DNA of 37,070 bases from Octopus bimaculoides (taxonomy: Eukaryota). Positions 22,556 to 35,085 of the stretch are shown piece after piece; positions within the stretch are counted from its first letter, which is position 1; each line of letters starts with the position of its first letter. The position numbers and the translations under genes were made by a program. The stretch spans positions 139,688,764-139,725,833 of the forward strand of contig NC_068982.1 in assembly GCF_001194135.2 (NCBI RefSeq). The letters are read 5' to 3'. Below the pieces are notes generated by a model that did not search any database, was not told the origin of the DNA, and saw nothing but the letters and a program-made list of their open reading frames with translations.

Positions 22556-25500
22556 ATTTAGATTCGTATGAATAAGAAGTCGTGGTAATTTGACGGCTAA
22601 TATATTTGCAAAAATATTTCGATTAACGTTAACAGAAAAATGAGATGAAATAAAAACAACTATAATTAAATTTCAATAATGATTTCTGAAAAGAACACGT
22701 CAAACTCGACACTACAATATTTCTGGAAGATCAATTCTATGCAACATAAAGAGTAGAGAATGTTGCTTAGTTATAAATGAACTCAGAAATTGTATTTCAT
22801 GTTATGTAACAGTGAGGTATAGGCAGAATATATATTGTCGAACGCCAGTTTAAATTCCTTGTAAATTATATATCTCTAAATACATATGGCCAACAGATGA
22901 GATCCAGAGATTCTCGATAGCGCACAAATGATTCGAACTTAGTCTCCGATAACTTTACAAGGAATCAATTCCACGGGGAAAAGAGTGGCTATAAGAGGGA
23001 TCAGGTTGCGCAGATACGGAGGCAATTAAGGGAATGAACAAATTCAATATAACAGCTTGGGTTTCATTTGCGAAATCTATATAGATGTATAAATTCAAAT
23101 AGAAAGAAAGCAAAGACCGAAGATTTTCAGACGATGAATATTAAGGTATATTTATATATTAATAGATAAAATTTACACAGAGTACAAAACGACAGAGAAA
23201 ATCTAATGGGAAGAAATAAGGTGTTATAAGTCCAACAGCTGTTTCTGGGGGCACGGGCGTCCATCATGTATTCCAACAAAATATGCAGCTATCAATAGAA
23301 GCAAATAAACATTAGATAAATTCAGGCTCCGTCATCAGGGTGGAGAAAAAATCTTATATTTCAGATCAAGATTAAGAGACGTTTAAAAGTGAACACAATA
23401 ACCTGCTGTATCTGGAAACAATTTGGCTGGATCACCCACAACATCATTTGTATGTTATTAATGACGTGGGCTTTTACGTTTATTGAACAAGCTAAAAATA
23501 GCGGACAAATAATCCTTAAAACACATCTCACCGCCTAACAAGAAGGCACAGATGAGAGAGGAGGACACAATATTTAATAAACTGCGATCGAAATTAATAT
23601 GAGAGAATAACAGACGAATGCGTTTAATCAAATATCTTCACGGTTACGACATCCTCATCATAGACTTCATTGTCATCAGCTTGAAAAATACCAAGACGAC
23701 TTACGTGTATTGCGTACGTATATTTGGGCTCCGTGAAAATAATCACTATAAGAGATATATGATGGTGATCAATTACTAGTTTCTTTAATAACAATGATCA
23801 ACCGAAAAATATGTACAATTGAAGCATAAATAAGGGAGATGGATATTCACAATAACATGACGTAACATTAAATTATTTCACAGAAACCTGAGGTACTCTC
23901 CACCCCAACAAAACGGGTGTTTACTTCATATATACAAAAATGCTTTCATACATAAATACGTATGTAAATATTTGCTGCATTTAATATGCATTCATGCATA
24001 CGCACACATATATACACTCAAAGCTATACACACGTACGCACACACACACACACATATATATGTATGTATATATATATATATATATATNNNNNNNNNNNNN
24101 NNNNNNNNNNNNNNNNNNNNNNNNNNNNNNNNNNNNNNNNNNNNNNNNNNNNNNNNNNNNNNNNNNNNNNNNNNNNNNNNNNNNNNNNNNNNNNNNNNNN
24201 NNNNNNNNNNNNNNNNNNNNNNNNNNNNNNNNNNNNNNNNNNNNNNNNNNNNNNNNNNNNNNNNNNNNNNNNNNNNNNNNNNNNNNNNNNNNNNNNNNNN
24301 NNNNNNNNNNNNNNNNNNNNNNNNNNNNNNNNNNNNNNNNNNNNNNNNNNNNNNNNNNNNNNNNNNNNNNNNNNNNNNNNNNNNNNNNNNNNNNNNNNNN
24401 NNNNNNNNNNNNNNNNNNNNNNNNNNNNNNNNNNNNNNNNNNNNNNNNNNNNNNNNNNNNNNNNNNNNNNNNNNNNNNNNNNNNNNNNNNNNNNNNNNNN
24501 NNNNNNNNNNNNNNNNNNNNNNNNNNNNNNNNNNNNNNNNNNNNNNNNNNNNNNNNNNNNNNNNNNNNNNNNNNNNNNNNNNNNNNNNNNNNNNNNNNNN
24601 NNNNNNNNNNNNNNNNNNNNNNNNNNNNNNNNNNNNNNNNNNNNNNNNNNNNNNNNNNNNNNNNNNNNNNNNNNNATATATACCCACATATATATACGTA
24701 CATGTATGCACGCACGCACAGGGATACACGCGCACATATTAATGCAGTAATGCTGGAAATCTTCCAAGGCAATCATTTCCCAAAATATAAATCTGGAGTA
24801 CGTAGTGAAAAATGAACTACAAAAACACTCAACGATATATGAGCGTGCATACCAATCCTGAATCTATTTAATATCCATCAATCATTATTATTATTATATC
24901 ACCTACTGATTTAGTTTTTGTTTTTATCTAAGTTTATTTGAAACTTTGTACTTTCAAAGTAAGTCGACACATGTCTCTGAGCAGTTAACTTATTTTCGTT
25001 CTACATTTTTTGTTTGTTCCAATTGATTCAAGTTTTGTTTTATGTATTCAAATATCTACCATTTTATCCTATGAAACTGTCAATTCATTTTTTATATGTT
25101 TATACCATACGAAGTAGGTAGCAAACATTAAAAACATGAGACGATATTGACGGAAAAATTATAAGTAGATATTTTCGTTAAGTTTACCTTTTCCTTTTTT
25201 TGTTCTTCGCTTTAATGTGGCTTCAATAAATTCGAAACTTACCAACTTTCTCAAATATTGAAAGACAAATGTTTTCCGCGTTTCCTTTTCATAAATTCTT
25301 CAAAAATTCTTCCTCTTGCACATGTATTATTTAAAATCATAAATAAATGTAAAATAAAAAAAGAAAGAGGATATATATAATATTAATGGCAAACGTGTAA
25401 ATATATAGAAATAAAGCATGAAACGAAATATTTCTCTTATTTAAACTGCATCCAGGGAAATGTATGCATACATAAACATATATATATATACGTATNNNNN

Positions 25501-26983
25501 NNNNNNNNNNNNNNNNNNNNNNNNNNNNNNNNNNNNNNNNNNNNNNNNNNNNNNNNNNNNNNNNNNNNNNNNNNNNNNNNNNNNNNNNNNNNNNNNNNNN
25601 NNNNNNNNNNNNNNNNNNNNNNNNNNNNNNNNNNNNNNNNNNNNNNNNNNNNNNNNNNNNNNNNNNNNNNNNNNNNNNNNNNNNNNNNNNNNNNNNNNNN
25701 NNNNNNNNNNNNNNNNNNNNNNNNNNNNNNNNNNNNNNNNNNNNNNNNNNNNNNNNNNNNNNNNNNNNNNNNNNNNNNNNNNNNNNNNNNNNNNNNNNNN
25801 NNNNNNNNNNNNNNNNNNNNNNNNNNNNNNNNNNNNNNNNNNNNNNNNNNNNNNNNNNNNNNNNNNNNNNNNNNNNNNNNNNNNNNNNNNNNNNNNNNNN
25901 NNNNNNNNNNNNNNNNNNNNNNNNNNNNNNNNNNNNNNNNNNNNNNNNNNNNNNNNNNNNNNNNNNNNNNNNNNNNNNNNNNNNNNNNNNNNNNNNNNNN
26001 NNNNNNNNNNNNNNNNNNNNNNNNNNNNNNNNNNNNNNNNNNNNNNNNNNATATGTATATATGCATATCACATAAACAAAGAACATTAAATTTAGAAAGA
26101 CAAAACCGAAACAAATTATTAATAACTAACGGCATATTTTCAAACAAAGAAATTCACTGTGCATAATGCTAATAAAAAGCAAAGCTCATAAAAAATGCCT
26201 TAAATATATTTATCTAATGCTTGCATCCATCTTAAACTCCATGAATATATTTAAAACAGCGGTATTATATAAACAATTTGTTTGCGAATATCTATGTTTA
26301 CGTATTTAAACATTCATAAATGAACTTGAAAGAAGCACACAATACATATTCCCGTAACTATTTTTCTATTATATATTCAGCTTTAAGTATTCTAGATATG
26401 GAAGTTTAATTGTTCGTTTTGAACATTGTTCAGTCTTTAAATATTCATATTCTTATTATACATATTCATTATATCTACCTCATGTGTTTTTATTTCTATA
26501 AATGTTACCTTTTTCTATACGCGGTACATGAGGTCTGTTTTCTTTTGTTTATTCTTTTCTGAATCCGTCTTGGCAATTTTGTACCTTTTATAAATATATA
26601 TACACAAATGTATTACGCTTTGTAAATTCGTATGAATCCAGATCTTTTCTTCTTGAATAGGGCTCTATAGAACGAGTAGAAATCGTTAATAGGAATTTGA
26701 CTTCAAAGACAAACTATGAATGAATTATATATATTATTCATATCTGTGTATTTGTATTATTTGAAGAATTAAACACATTTACCTGAAAATAGCATGGGAT
26801 TTCCATATTTTTACTCCCGACCCCTCTACACTGCATGGGTATATGATCAAATATTGAATGCACGCTGAGCTACGTATGCACATATACACACGAGCACCCA
26901 CATGCAAAGAAAAACATATGTAGCCACATATATATACGTACATATAAATCAATGTATATGTATATGTATTCATATTACGCACA

Positions 26984-26984
<1 letters not shown>

Positions 26985-27028
<44 letters not shown>

Positions 27029-27029
27029 T

Positions 27030-27060
<31 letters not shown>

Positions 27061-27072
27061 ATATTTATATAT
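26985..27072. repeat. (CA)n(AT)n microsatellite
   Basis: Seen directly. Confidence 0.93.
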
Positions 27073-27362
27073 AATTCAACATTGTGAGGAGAGAGTGGAG
27101 AGTATGGAAAGTGTGGTATAATCTAGCTGCACTCTTCTCACATCTATTTTGTCTATTTCTGAACAGTTCTTTTTCATAACACATTAGATGTTTTAAGTAA
27201 ATACATTTGACACACTTACACACGTTTCCAACCATAAAAGCAATAGCTAGCATCAAGTCGTACGTCAATTGTATAAAATTGTTAAAACATTGTCATTGTG
27301 AAAGCATTGTCTTACATTTCTATAGGGAAACGATGACTTACGTTTAGACAAGTAGGACTTAC

Positions 27363-27417
27363 CTGTCGATTGCAGAAACATTTATAAGTAGAAGTCTGGA
27401 ATAACATTCTTTTTTCA
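27363..27417 (-). other. Candidate 55-nt exon of an unidentified transcript
   Basis: The minus strand reads ttttgccttcatctacaag|TG AAA AAA GAA...ATC GAC AG|gtaagt, with a consensus donor. The open frame is KKECYSRLLLINVSAID. There is no homology support. Confidence 0.25.
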
Positions 27418-29141
27418 CTTGTAGATGAAGGCAAAATAACCATGTGCTTCAATCGGTAGAATCGTGACTGCCATATATTTACCATGACCAAAATAATCAC
27501 TTCATCTATGTGACAAGTTTGCATTTATGCAGGAAACCAGACTATCATAAATACTCCCAGCCACATCACATCGTTCCTAAGACTGAAAGCACGAAATTAG
27601 GTCTATTCTATTACCGCAAAGACGTGACGCCCCAAAGACTGCTATGGAAGTACCTTCACCCTTCACTGAAAATGTTTAGGCATCAGTAATCAGTGGAAAC
27701 TTTCATTGAGTAAAATCTGAGTAAGGTGTAGTTATGAAATGAGTCGGGGAGAAAACCGAGAATTATCCTGCCCACAATCCGAGTGAACGTACGTTAGTTC
27801 CGATAATTCAATGTGGCTGACGTGTGGGATATCTGAATTCCTACTTTATCACTTTTTGGGGTGGTTGTTTCTCATGACCATTATCTGGTTATATGTTTTG
27901 GAATCGTATCTGTCGCTCTCTGTTATTCTCCCGCTTGCAATAAGCATTATTTATGGAATCACCACTAGCTTCTCCCAGCATAGAGTTCGTAACTGTATCA
28001 TCTTATGTTGCGTACAATAACGAGAATGTTTTTAAGGTGGTCTTAGCATCAATTTTGCGATCATAAATTATTACTTGAAAGTGTTTAGATAATCACAAAG
28101 ATAGTTTCTCGTTGAACCTGCTTCTCGTAATGAACGACGCTTTGCGATACAATTTAGACCATACTTACATATAATGCCGAACAAATTTAGATTTTGGGGG
28201 CAATATTCATATGAAGAAACAACTCACCTGCATATTTTGGAGATGGTTATACGTATATTTTCATCTCTGTCATAAAATTTTGGATCTGTTGCAAATACAT
28301 GAGCGTTATATCATATGATCTAATGTCAAATATTACAAATACAGAATTCGAAAACCAAATGATATATTGAAACTTTAATAGAGTTCACATGAATGTAAGA
28401 ACTAAAAAAAAATGTACATCAAATCTTTCTAATTACAATACAATTTCATGAAATCGAGCATCTGCGATAGCTGGTTCTTTTTAGAATAAGGTGTGATTTG
28501 CCTGGACATATCCATTAATACGAACTGCGCTGCTGATAATACACACAGCAGCAACAACAACAACAGTAAAACAAATACAAATTATATAGCAAGTTGTGCT
28601 ATGAAATCAGCAAATATGTGAGCAGCTGCTTGTTGAAAACCATTTGAGATTAACTGAAGTAGGTTAACGTCAAATCATGAGCTGAGGTATTAGTACTTTG
28701 TCAAGATGAGAATATCTTCCAAATGCCAAATAGATACACATAATGCTAAACTAGAATATTCTTCAACTGGCAATAAATCAGTTATATTGTGCCTGAATAT
28801 ATTGATATATCAAGAGATATGTTCAGTGATTTGCAGTCGACTCTATAATGTGAATCAAAATAGATACTGCCTCGCCTAAAGCAATGCAGCATTCATTCTG
28901 AATACAATGAAGCCCAAAATTATTTAACTACATATTGCATTTACAGTGTCCGTCTCATTTACACACATATATATATATATTTTATATATATATATATGAC
29001 ATGATATGTTGATTATCTTATCGTGTATACAATCGGCGTATATAGCAATATTATATACTTCTCTGCTGAATTTCATTATTTCAGTTTTCGTCGTTGTAAT
29101 TGTATCATAACTCCCAATAATATCAAGACCTCATGGCTCAC

Positions 29142-29176
29142 CATCACGTCTAACATTGCCAAACATTTCAATCTAC
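29142..29176 (-). other. Candidate 35-nt spliced micro-exon of an unidentified transcript
   Basis: The minus strand reads ggcttttgtccttatctctttag|GTAGATTG...GACGTGATG|gtgagc, with a strong polypyrimidine acceptor and a strong donor. There is no homology support. Confidence 0.3.
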
Positions 29177-29949
29177 CTAAAGAGATAAGGACAAAAGCCA
29201 ATACATTGCCTGCTTAAATGGAAATTTGTTATCACGTAAAACGAAAAGGAAATTATAAGCTTTCTTTCCTAAAGAAATAATTAACTTCTTAGTCTATGAT
29301 AAGATTATTTACAATTTTTCTCTCTGAACCTATGCCAAATCGAGTTCTTACAATAGATATTTCATCAGGAAAATTTGTATATAGTCTTGAAAGTTGTATA
29401 TACATTTTCTTCATATGTATCCTTAAATAGACATGGGTAATGATCAAAATCAATATGTACACTATGAAGTATGACAATACGTAATGTTTCTACATTTATT
29501 AGAAACACTTAAATGCGAAGAATACCCCCCCCACCCCACCCAACCCAGACGATGTAGTATTTGGTTGTGACTTTAAAAAAATGTAGTCAATATGATTCTT
29601 AGAGATAAAAGATGGGTAAGATTAGTATTAGGATTGTAGGATGTTATTGTTGGCAGTTCAGATCTACTGAATAAGATGTCTATAAAGTAGCAGTCGGAAC
29701 AAAACATTTAGGGCAAACGCTTGTGTACTAATTGGTGTTGATGTACTACGTCTCTGAGTACAAATGCCAGTGTTCCATCAGTCGGTGACGCAGCTCTGTA
29801 GGGGCTTTGGCACGTTTCATCGCGGCCCCAGACCTGTGCAAGGTCATCCACATATATCAAAACATGATTGTCTAAAAGATTTCTGAAAATATATTCTATA
29901 AAATATATCAAATTTCATCACTAGTAAAATTCGTATCTTAATCCTAATA

Positions 29950-30797
29950 AAGTTTATTATGATAAGAAACACACTTATGTCACGTGGGTACTATCCTTTC
30001 GGCGGAGAGTGACGGCACCTTTTCTGTACATACGTGAAAACTTTTGGGCCGGTAGGTTGCGTAGGTCCCCGGCTACCAACTCTGAGAACAAACATGCAGT
30101 GCGCGTTGGTCAGATTTTTGTTTTCGCCTTAAGCATTGAGTAGAGATATTGCATCAGGTTTTTCCAAAAGCTTGGCGATACTCAAGTTTAAGCCATCCAG
30201 ATGGTTCAGCGGGCATTTGGCAATGATGCCATGGGAAAATCTCAGATCAAAATGTGATAGAACCGATTCAAATATGGCCGCACCTCAATGGAAAACGAGT
30301 CAAGACGAAACGAGGAGACAATTGAGAAGGCTCGGCGAATATTCATGCAAAACCGTCGTATAACAATCAAGAATTTTTTCTCACACAGTGGAAAGTAACA
30401 CATGATCGGGGCACTCCATTTCGACAGAGGGTGTTTGCATGCGAAGAATGATGTCGCTGGGGGAGCAGCAGGAATCACTCCGCATGCAAATCACTCAGGC
30501 TGTACAATGACGACCCAGACTTCATGAAGACCACCTTCACTGGTGATCAGACATGTGTTTATGGTCTCTGCACGATGGGTTCGGTTATCTTGCGGGAAAT
30601 CGAAACTCCGAACTACACGTCTACACGTCTGTACTCTAGGAGTAACAGACAGAAACTACCACCACCTGCCGGCGAGAAAAGTTTACTGTGTGCGCAGGAA
30701 GTGGATTGTAGCCTGACGTCCAAACGATTTTGCCCATGCAGGACTAATTTCGGTGGCAAGAAATAAAGTCTTATACTTTTTGAACGCGCCTCATGTA
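29950..30797 (+). mobile_element. Internally deleted mariner (Tc1/mariner) transposon remnant
   Basis: 30135-30565 translates as IE*RYCIRFFQKLGDTQV*AIQMVQRAFGNDAMGKSQIKM**NRFKYGRTSMENE...RNEETIEKARRIFMQNRRITIK...DDPDFMKTTFTGDQTCVYG, i.e. the HTH region plus a TGDETW-like first catalytic Asp. A 3' TIR-like sequence GTCTTATACTTTTTGAACGCGCCTCATGTA lies at 30768-30797. The 5' boundary is approximate. Confidence 0.85.
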
Positions 30798-30812
30798 TAC
30801 ATATGCACACAT

Positions 30813-30816
<4 letters not shown>

Positions 30817-30876
<60 letters not shown>

Positions 30877-30882
30877 ACACAC
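30817..30882. repeat. (CA)n microsatellite
   Basis: Seen directly. Confidence 0.96.
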
Positions 30883-31200
30883 CGTGTGGGTGTGTTTTCC
30901 CTATACATTTCTGCACGGCACTATCATCTCGTATTGTTTCCTCTCCTTGTTCTAAGTAAAGTTGTTGCAATGCAAGTTGGTCCCATCGATTAATTTTGTG
31001 TGGATTATGATATACATTTTTTTTTTTGCAGGAATCATAGTGAATACCCGGTTAGTGAGACCTAATTTATGATTCACCCGGGCTGCTGAGACGAAAGTGC
31101 TTGTCACCACTATCTCTAATCATTTTTGTTTTAAACTTTTAATGCAGCGAATATAGACTGAAGCTGGAAAAGATACATGATATATAGACATATACACATG

Positions 31201-31635
31201 CAGCTGGAGGAGTGGATATGTGATACGATGTTTGCTTCCAAACCACATGGTTCTGCGTTCTGTGACGCTGTATTACACCTTCGGCAAGTGTCTTCTCTTA
31301 TACTCTCCGGCTGGTCAAAGCCTTGTTAGCGGACATGTTTAAACAGAAACAGAAAGAAGCCTGTCGTATACACATGCATTGAGATACATATATATGTGTG
31401 TGTGCATATGTTTGTGTCTGTGTTTGTTTCTCGGCACTGTTTCGCAACCCCTGCTGGTGTATTTACGCTTCTGCAGCTGAGAAATTTGTAAAAATAGAGC
31501 GACAGAATAAGTACCATGCTTTATATACAAAATACTGGAGTGCAGTCGTTCGACTGATATTCTTCAATGTTGTGTCCCTGCATGGCTGTAGTCCAATGAT
31601 TAAAACAAGTGAAATAGAAAGCATAAAGATTAAAA
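31201..31635 (+). mobile_element. SINE family B, degraded full-length copy
   Basis: Head GGAGGAGTGG...AACCACATGGTTCTGCGTTC, body GGCAAGTGTCTTCT...AAAGCCTTGTTAGCGGA...GAAAGAAGCCTGTCGTATA, an internal (AT)/(GT) tract, and a 3' part GGTGTATTTACG...GAATAAGTACC...GCATGGCTGTAGTCCAATGA. Confidence 0.85.
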
Positions 31636-32340
31636 TCTCTTAGACTGAAAGGCTGTATAAGTTTGTGCTAGTGAGGAAAAACACGAGGATATATATTTAG
31701 AGTATAATTATTTCTTTCGAACTGTATACACCCATTAACTATTTTTGAATGTGCGATCGCATTGTTTACATAGACGTATTCATATACGAAACGTTGTAAC
31801 TTTTAGTGTGGGCTCTAAATTGTACAGAAAATGTGTAAAGATACACTAAAAAAGGAAAACAATTTACTGCTAATACAAAGTAGGACACACTATTCATTTA
31901 TAAACCTTTATTATATTTGGGTGGAAAATGAATATATTATTGTAGTAGAACTCAATATGGCGTGACTACAAGCAATTGATAATTATTTATGTTGTTGTAC
32001 ATTGGCTGATTAGTGCCTTGCAATTCAGAAAAAAATCATACATCCCTCACTTCCCATATATTTCGTGCGTCAAGTTCTGAATACATAAATTCTTATGTCA
32101 AAATGAAGAGAAATAAATGAGTCTTCATCTGCTTTCTTCGTCATGCATTGTTTCAGCTTAATTTGATGTCGATTAAATCGTGCTTTGTTAATGTAATTTA
32201 ATTTTAAAGGTCAAACAGTCATTAATATAAATATTAACTCTAGAATATCTTTAAGAAAAACAACAAAATATATTAAAAAGAATGATGTTAATGAATTACT
32301 TACTGAAGTACGTTGCAACACAGCCAGTTTATTTTTATTT

Positions 32341-32538
32341 CTTCTTCTTCTTCTTCTTCTTCTTCTTCTTCTTCTTCTTCTTCTTCTTCTTCTTCTTCTT
32401 CTTCTTCTTCTTCTTCTTCTTCTTCTTCTTCTTCTTCTTCTTCTTCTTCTTCTTCTTCTTCTTCTTCTTCTTCTTCTTCTTCTTCTTCTTCTTCTTCTTC
32501 TTCTTCTTCTTCTTCTTCTTCTTCTTCTTCTTCTTCTT
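32341..32538. repeat. Pure (CTT)66 trinucleotide repeat
   Basis: 198 nt uninterrupted. It is the source of the poly-F/S/E/R ORFs. Confidence 0.98.
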
Positions 32539-34780
32539 TCACAACAGCACATTATTCTTTATAGGTATTTGTTGGCCTTACCATTATAACACCCACATTA
32601 TTTCTTCTTTAAGTATAAGTTTGAAAGCTGAGGCAACTGATAGGAGTAACAATAAGATAAAATTTCCAAACAGTTTAAAAGCGGCCGTCTTCAATATCCA
32701 AGTGGCTAAAAAGAGTCACCAGAAGGGCAGCCGGGAATCTTAACCTGGCTGCAGATCGGACTCCTTACAGTCTAAGCTGTTGCGTGAGGGAGTTTTCTTC
32801 TGTTCAGCTTCCCTACGAGTTTCTAACTACTAACACAATCTCATCTTTTGTCATAATGACTGATGCATCTTCTTTACACAAGCTGGATTTTAATTGGTGT
32901 ATCACTACATTTAAATGCATACAAACATTCTTTGAGCTATTTTCCCTAAAGAATGCTTAAGCAATTCTGTATGCCTATTCCGATAAGTTTGAGATGGAAA
33001 TGATATAGTTAGCAACTATCTTATTTCCATCACAAACCGTTCAGGAAACACAATTTCCTAAGCTTTCAGTTAGGAAAATAAGAGTTCTTCAAAATTTCTG
33101 GTTTTGTTTTATTTTGAAAGTATTATTTTTAGGAAAAAAATCGCTCCCCACAGAGGTGGTAACGATAATGTATGTAAATGTACCACAATACTTTCGAAAG
33201 ATTGCAATCACATCCGAACGCAATGAAAAAATAATTATCAATCACATTCTAGGATGTAAACATTAAGCAGGGAGAACAATACTGTGATGGCTTCTTGATA
33301 CTAAACAGTAATTTTAACACAAGCATTCACAAAAATAAAGCGAACACTAACGCTAACAAGAACAACAACAGATACAGATATTGTACACTGTTTACAAATA
33401 TTATCACAACAAAGAATCAATAATCCTAATTACAAAAAAAAACATATTGTGATCCAAAATCAACTGACCATAACGATACAAAAGCACATATTGTTTGGCT
33501 TTTATTTTAAATTTGAAAACAAAAGGAATGAAATGTCATCTAGAGATGCATCGTCGATTAGAGGAGATACTTTCAAAAGAATTATTAGAAAGTGCTGTGG
33601 TCACTGTATCGTGCAATATCACCTGTATAGGTCAATGGAAAATTTGCGGAGACATATCTGGTAATGAAATGGTGAAATTAGCAGTGAAGCCGGGAACCGA
33701 AATATATACGTTTCGATGCAATAAGAGGATCACATTGAATACTATTAGCAACAAAGTTTTGGTACTCTTCAAATTAGGCGTGGAATGACATAAAACTTGG
33801 TAGCAGCGATATGTGCATAAATTTCATAATGGTAATCGGAATGTTGGAGAATATTAGAAGAGTTACATTACCAAAATGGCGAGGGAGAGTAATGTTAAAA
33901 GCTACGGATTTTGGTTGGAGGCAAACTGAACTAAAAATTCAGAAGCTATCACGTGATATGAAGCAAAGAAACATCTTTTACCCCACCAGGTGTGAAGATG
34001 GTGAACCCTAAATTCAACAATTAAAATTAAATTTCATGCACTCCATGTTCAGATGATTCAAAGTTCAAAAATTGAAATGTTGTATCTAATAGTGGATGCT
34101 AAGAATTTGGTTCTGACATTCTTATTGTAACTCAGAAAATCCTACCAGTCAGGATAATTTAAAGGCATTCTATCCAATAGCCTGGTTGTGTCACGTAGGG
34201 AGCATGCGCCGTTGCAACAAAACTCTATAACCATATGTCTCAGTTTTTGCTCGAGTCGTTTCGGAAAACCTGTCCAGCGGTGTCATTGTCACTTCCTATC
34301 CTCACGAGATACATCGTCATTCGTCGTACCTCTTTGGTCATATCAATAACCAGGTTAAGTACAATATTGCAGATAGTTAAAACATGCTGCCTGCGTAGAT
34401 CTTCTTCAGGCACAAGCAACTTTAAGCATGCGATCAGCAAGAAATGTTGTCTCACCCTCTACATTGCAAACGAACAATAAATAAAATTGTTAGAAACTAA
34501 GGAGTGTTCTTCTCTTACTAATGCCAGCACAACGTATTCTACGATTGACGTTGAAATTGGTGATGGATGAAAATCTCCCTGTGATTTGCAAGATAACCAT
34601 TCTGTTCATATTTATTGGAGGCAAATTACTGATCAAGTACAAGGTAAACACGCAAAAAAAAAAAAAAACGCTGTCGGTAAGGAATGCGCTGGTGATCTAA
34701 AGATATCTGAATGATAAAATCCCACGCGAAATTCAGCACTCCAAATTTTGCTACAGCAATAAATATTGATGAACCAAAAA

Positions 34781-34995
34781 GCAGCGAGCTGGCAGAATTG
34801 TTAGCACGCTCGCCGAAATGCGAAGCGGTATTTCGCCCGTCGCTACATTCTGAGTTCAAATTCAGCCGAGGTCGACTTTGCCTTTCATCTTCTTGGGGTC
34901 CATAAATTAAGTACCAATTAGGCACTGGGTTCGTGTAATCTATTTGTCCCTTCCCCACAAATTCCAGGCCTTGTACCTATAGGAGACATGATTAT
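34781..34995 (+). mobile_element. SINE family A, well-preserved copy
   Basis: GCAGCGAGCTGGCAGAATTGTTAGCACG (A-box-like)...TGAGTTCAAATTCAGCC (B-box-like) GAGGTCGACTTTGCCTTTCATC...AAATTAAGTACCAA...GGCCTTGTACCTATAG. Confidence 0.92.
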
Positions 34996-35085
34996 AATGT
35001 GACGACTGGAATTTGGTTGGAAACGTGGCGTTCTCTCCTCTTCAAAGTTGCCTTCCTATTATTAAAAAAAAAAAAATAGAAAGAA

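Noticed and set aside
23625-23680. Minus-strand ADDNEVYDEDVVTVKIFD* after a tttttcaag acceptor
   Set aside because: It is very short, its phase does not fit the other candidate exons, and the acidic look comes from GAT/GAC-rich low complexity.
31080-31106. CTGCTGAGACGAAAG hammerhead-like string
   Set aside because: The core is mutated, there is no helix II, and helix III cannot pair.
32211-32743. Poly-R, poly-F, poly-E and poly-S ORFs
   Set aside because: All are translations of the (CTT)66 microsatellite, with no splice or coding context.
33495-34011. ORFs 33495-33788 and 33811-34011 (faint 'EMHRRLEE' resemblance to a mariner HTH)
   Set aside because: No catalytic or other diagnostic motifs, no TIRs and no clear splice signals. 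Their lengths are within chance range.
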